Assembly: GCA_043228905.1 (NCBI GenBank)
Contig: JBHGNT010000007.1
Coordinates: forward strand, 5,270,001 to 5,334,000
Length of the DNA: 64,000 bases
Origin: Azolla caroliniana
Lineage: Eukaryota > Plantae > Polypodiophyta
Direction of reading: 5' to 3'
Shown in pieces: positions 61,225-64,000 of the stretch. The position numbers and the translations under genes were made by a program. Positions within the stretch are counted from its first letter, which is position 1, and each line of letters opens with the position of its first letter. The notes below the pieces were generated by a model that saw only the letters and a program-made list of their open reading frames with translations, searched no databases and was not told the DNA's origin.

Positions 61225-64000
61225 TGACAATAGGGAAATGCTGCTTTGTGATGGATTTTGAAGCTAGTTCAATTATTGTGATTGTTTTGGCGTGGATTGA
61301 TGTGGCACACACGCTATATGGCAAAAAGCATTGTTTGCAATCAATGGAGTTATGTGTAATGTTATACAATGTTTGGATTGCTAGGATTGCCCACATGATT
61401 GAATTCAATGATGGTGTCAAGATTGTATTCATCAGAATACTAAGGACAATATCTTGCTGAGGACATGTTCAAGATGTATCATGAAAGTTTCTCAATTTGG
61501 TTTGTTATGAAATGCATCAATATTTGACATGATTTTAGCGACATAATGCGTAGATATCCAATCCATGAGATGCTATTGTGGAGTGGAAATTGAGGCTTGG
61601 AAATCACTCAAGTATATTTCATTTGTAAAATTGCCCAAAAGTCAAAACCTCGAATGATCTCTCTCATCAATGTTGTTCCTCTTTCAATATTGTTACGTAA
61701 CAACAATACCTGGTTTGCAATATAACGTTGGCCTTTTTGTATGACCAGAGTGATGTATGCTTATTGCTTTTGGTCTCACAATTGTCAACAAATGTAAAGC
61801 ATGGCCCAATCTTGAAGGCCATTGGCTCATTAAAATTTAGGTTCTTTGTATCCTTGGAATGAAAGAAACCATTTCTTGAAAAGTATGCATATGAAATAAA
61901 ACATTGCTTGTTGAGGAAATCAATGACAAGACACTTGATGGTTCACAATGGAAGGTGGTAAAAGATGTGAGGTGCTTGCATGTCAACCCAAGTAGTGGGT
62001 TGCTATCTTATGGATACTTTTGGCCATATTTGGTATTCATCGACGATTTTCAAGGACAAATGTGATATGCATGGTGCTAGTGTAATTCATTTCATTCTTC
62101 TGCCACCAAATCTTCATGCTCCTTGACATGGTAAAGGACTATTATGAGTTGTACACACATTGAGGGATTGACTTGGTTGAGTCAAAACATAGTTCATCTT
62201 GCTCATACACAACTATGGTATTTTAATGGTTATGTCCTAGCTAATTGGATGATTAAATATTGGCTTATGAAGTTGTTTCTTACTGCAATTTACTTGATCA
62301 TTGAACCTCTAATAGAAGTCTCACAACAACATACAAGACAATATGAACAAAGACATGATGGGAATCACGTAAGAGAAACCTCAATTTGATCTTGGAAATA
62401 TTTCCTTACAACTATGTACTTTAAAACTAAATGAACGATAGTGTAATGGCAAACTTTATGCACTATATTTTGGGAACTTTTAGATTGTTAGTTTAATAAG
62501 TCTGGTGCAATTGCACATGATTTTGTGCTCCTAAAATATTCTTTACAAAGTTTAGTTTGGACTTTGCCTTCATATATATAATCTTCCTTCATTCACATTT
62601 CTCCTTGTTTCATAGTCTTATAAAATGTCTTAGTCAGAGATCATGCATGCCATATGGTTTCTTCCTAAAAGTCGACTTTCTGATGTAACTTTCCACAACT
62701 TAATGCGGTGAAAATGGCAAAATACATGGTAAAGCAGATTGTGTGATCCATATAGAAACCTATAACAGAAAAGAACACATCATATACATTTTGTGCTTTA
62801 AAAAGTATCAACCATTATATTTCAAGCTCGAATTGGCGAGCTATTATAAAATTGTTGCTTTATAAGCAATTAACTATAGAAGCTTGTGGATGGAATTCAA
62901 ATTTCTCTCTTGGTTCCTTTTTAACAAATGTTAAAGAAAAGGCGACCCCAAGAAATTGAGCATGCAATTGCTAGTTTTCAATATATTCATTTTCACTTGG
63001 AGATCATCCCCTTATCGTGTCTTAGATTAGTCAAGAGTATATTCCATGTCCGTGTTTTATTAACTTAAACTTTCACAAGGTTACTAGACAAAAACACATC
63101 TGGTGATTATGAAAATAAGCAAGCATATTGTTAAAAGTTTCTAATACATATATCAATATTTTTTTACTCCCTTTCCCCTTCATTACTTACATATAGATAA
63201 ACATAGATTGAGAAACCCAAAAAAGAAACCTACGAATCCTGGGCAAACGAAAAATTTGATTTAGATATGAAAGACTAGGGTGTGGGTATGTTATCGGGAA
63301 CATGCACATTCCATATGAACAATTATTCTTGGATGTGAATACGTGTCATGAGAGTCTGAGACAATAGAGGCTAAACCAAATACTTGATAACGGAAATCGA
63401 TATATCAAGGGAATATTAAAATTTCATTATATGTTTGATTAGGAAGAATTTGCAAGTCATTATCTACAGCCCTTGAGATGTATATTTAGTTTTTCGACAT
63501 AATGATCATGCATACCACTTTGGTTTAGAATATCGCAAACTAATGGGTGCGATTGACTTTTACAATTGAACACATCTAAGTTTCCCTTTATTTCCTCCAA
63601 ATTGGCCCTACTCAATTGAGAATATAGGCTGATAAAGTAGATTACATAATTTAATTCTTCTAGAGAGGGGTCCAACTGACGACATGTAGAAAAAAGGAAA
63701 CGTGGGGAGTGTATGGGGATATAACAAAAAAATCAAAGAACTATAATGAAAACATTTACTTATTTGAGTCATAAAAAATAAAAAGGTCAGTTTGCAAACA
63801 TATATGGCAATGAATGTGGTTCGAGATTTGATAGTCATGGGTTGAAGAACATATCTTGCAATGCACTTGCTCTAAGATATCATATTCATGTTCACAACTT
63901 CTTCATTGTAACTAATATATCTTCGTCATGATTTCCTTTTAAGAAAACATTGAGACCGTTTTGACACACATTTAATGGGACATTAAATTCCATGCTATTC

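Noticed and set aside
61500-64000. Short ORFs at the right end, and the many antisense ORFs over TEs and exons
   Set aside because: No recognisable motifs or consistent splice structure; they are shadows of real ORFs or chance ORFs in AT-rich DNA.

Overview
Intron-rich land-plant nuclear DNA, probably from a seed-free vascular plant such as a fern (inferred from the style of the PPR gene and the LINE type; not proven). The left 40 kb is one minus-strand gene read here as 21 exons that run off the left edge. It encodes a secreted GEX2-like (GAMETE EXPRESSED 2) protein of at least ~2,120 aa: signal peptide, a Cys-rich N-terminal Ig-like module, 15 filamin/Ig-like repeats each on its own phase 1-1 exon, an IPT/TIG-like exon, then the conserved GEX2 C-terminal region. 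Its introns hold three Ty1/copia elements (one near-intact with a TSD), a full-length two-ORF RTE-X-like LINE nested in a copia, and many 3' fragments of that LINE, all in the same orientation and often inserted into one another. The right 24 kb has an intronless PLS-E PPR gene (decayed E+ tail; upstream tandem copies of its own start region), a 4-exon universal stress protein gene with a hAT MITE in intron 3, tRNA-Gln(UUG), and a 9-exon LpxA gene whose intron 2 carries a copia lacking RT/RNase H. All exon coordinates were read by eye from GT-AG sites and reading-frame continuity.
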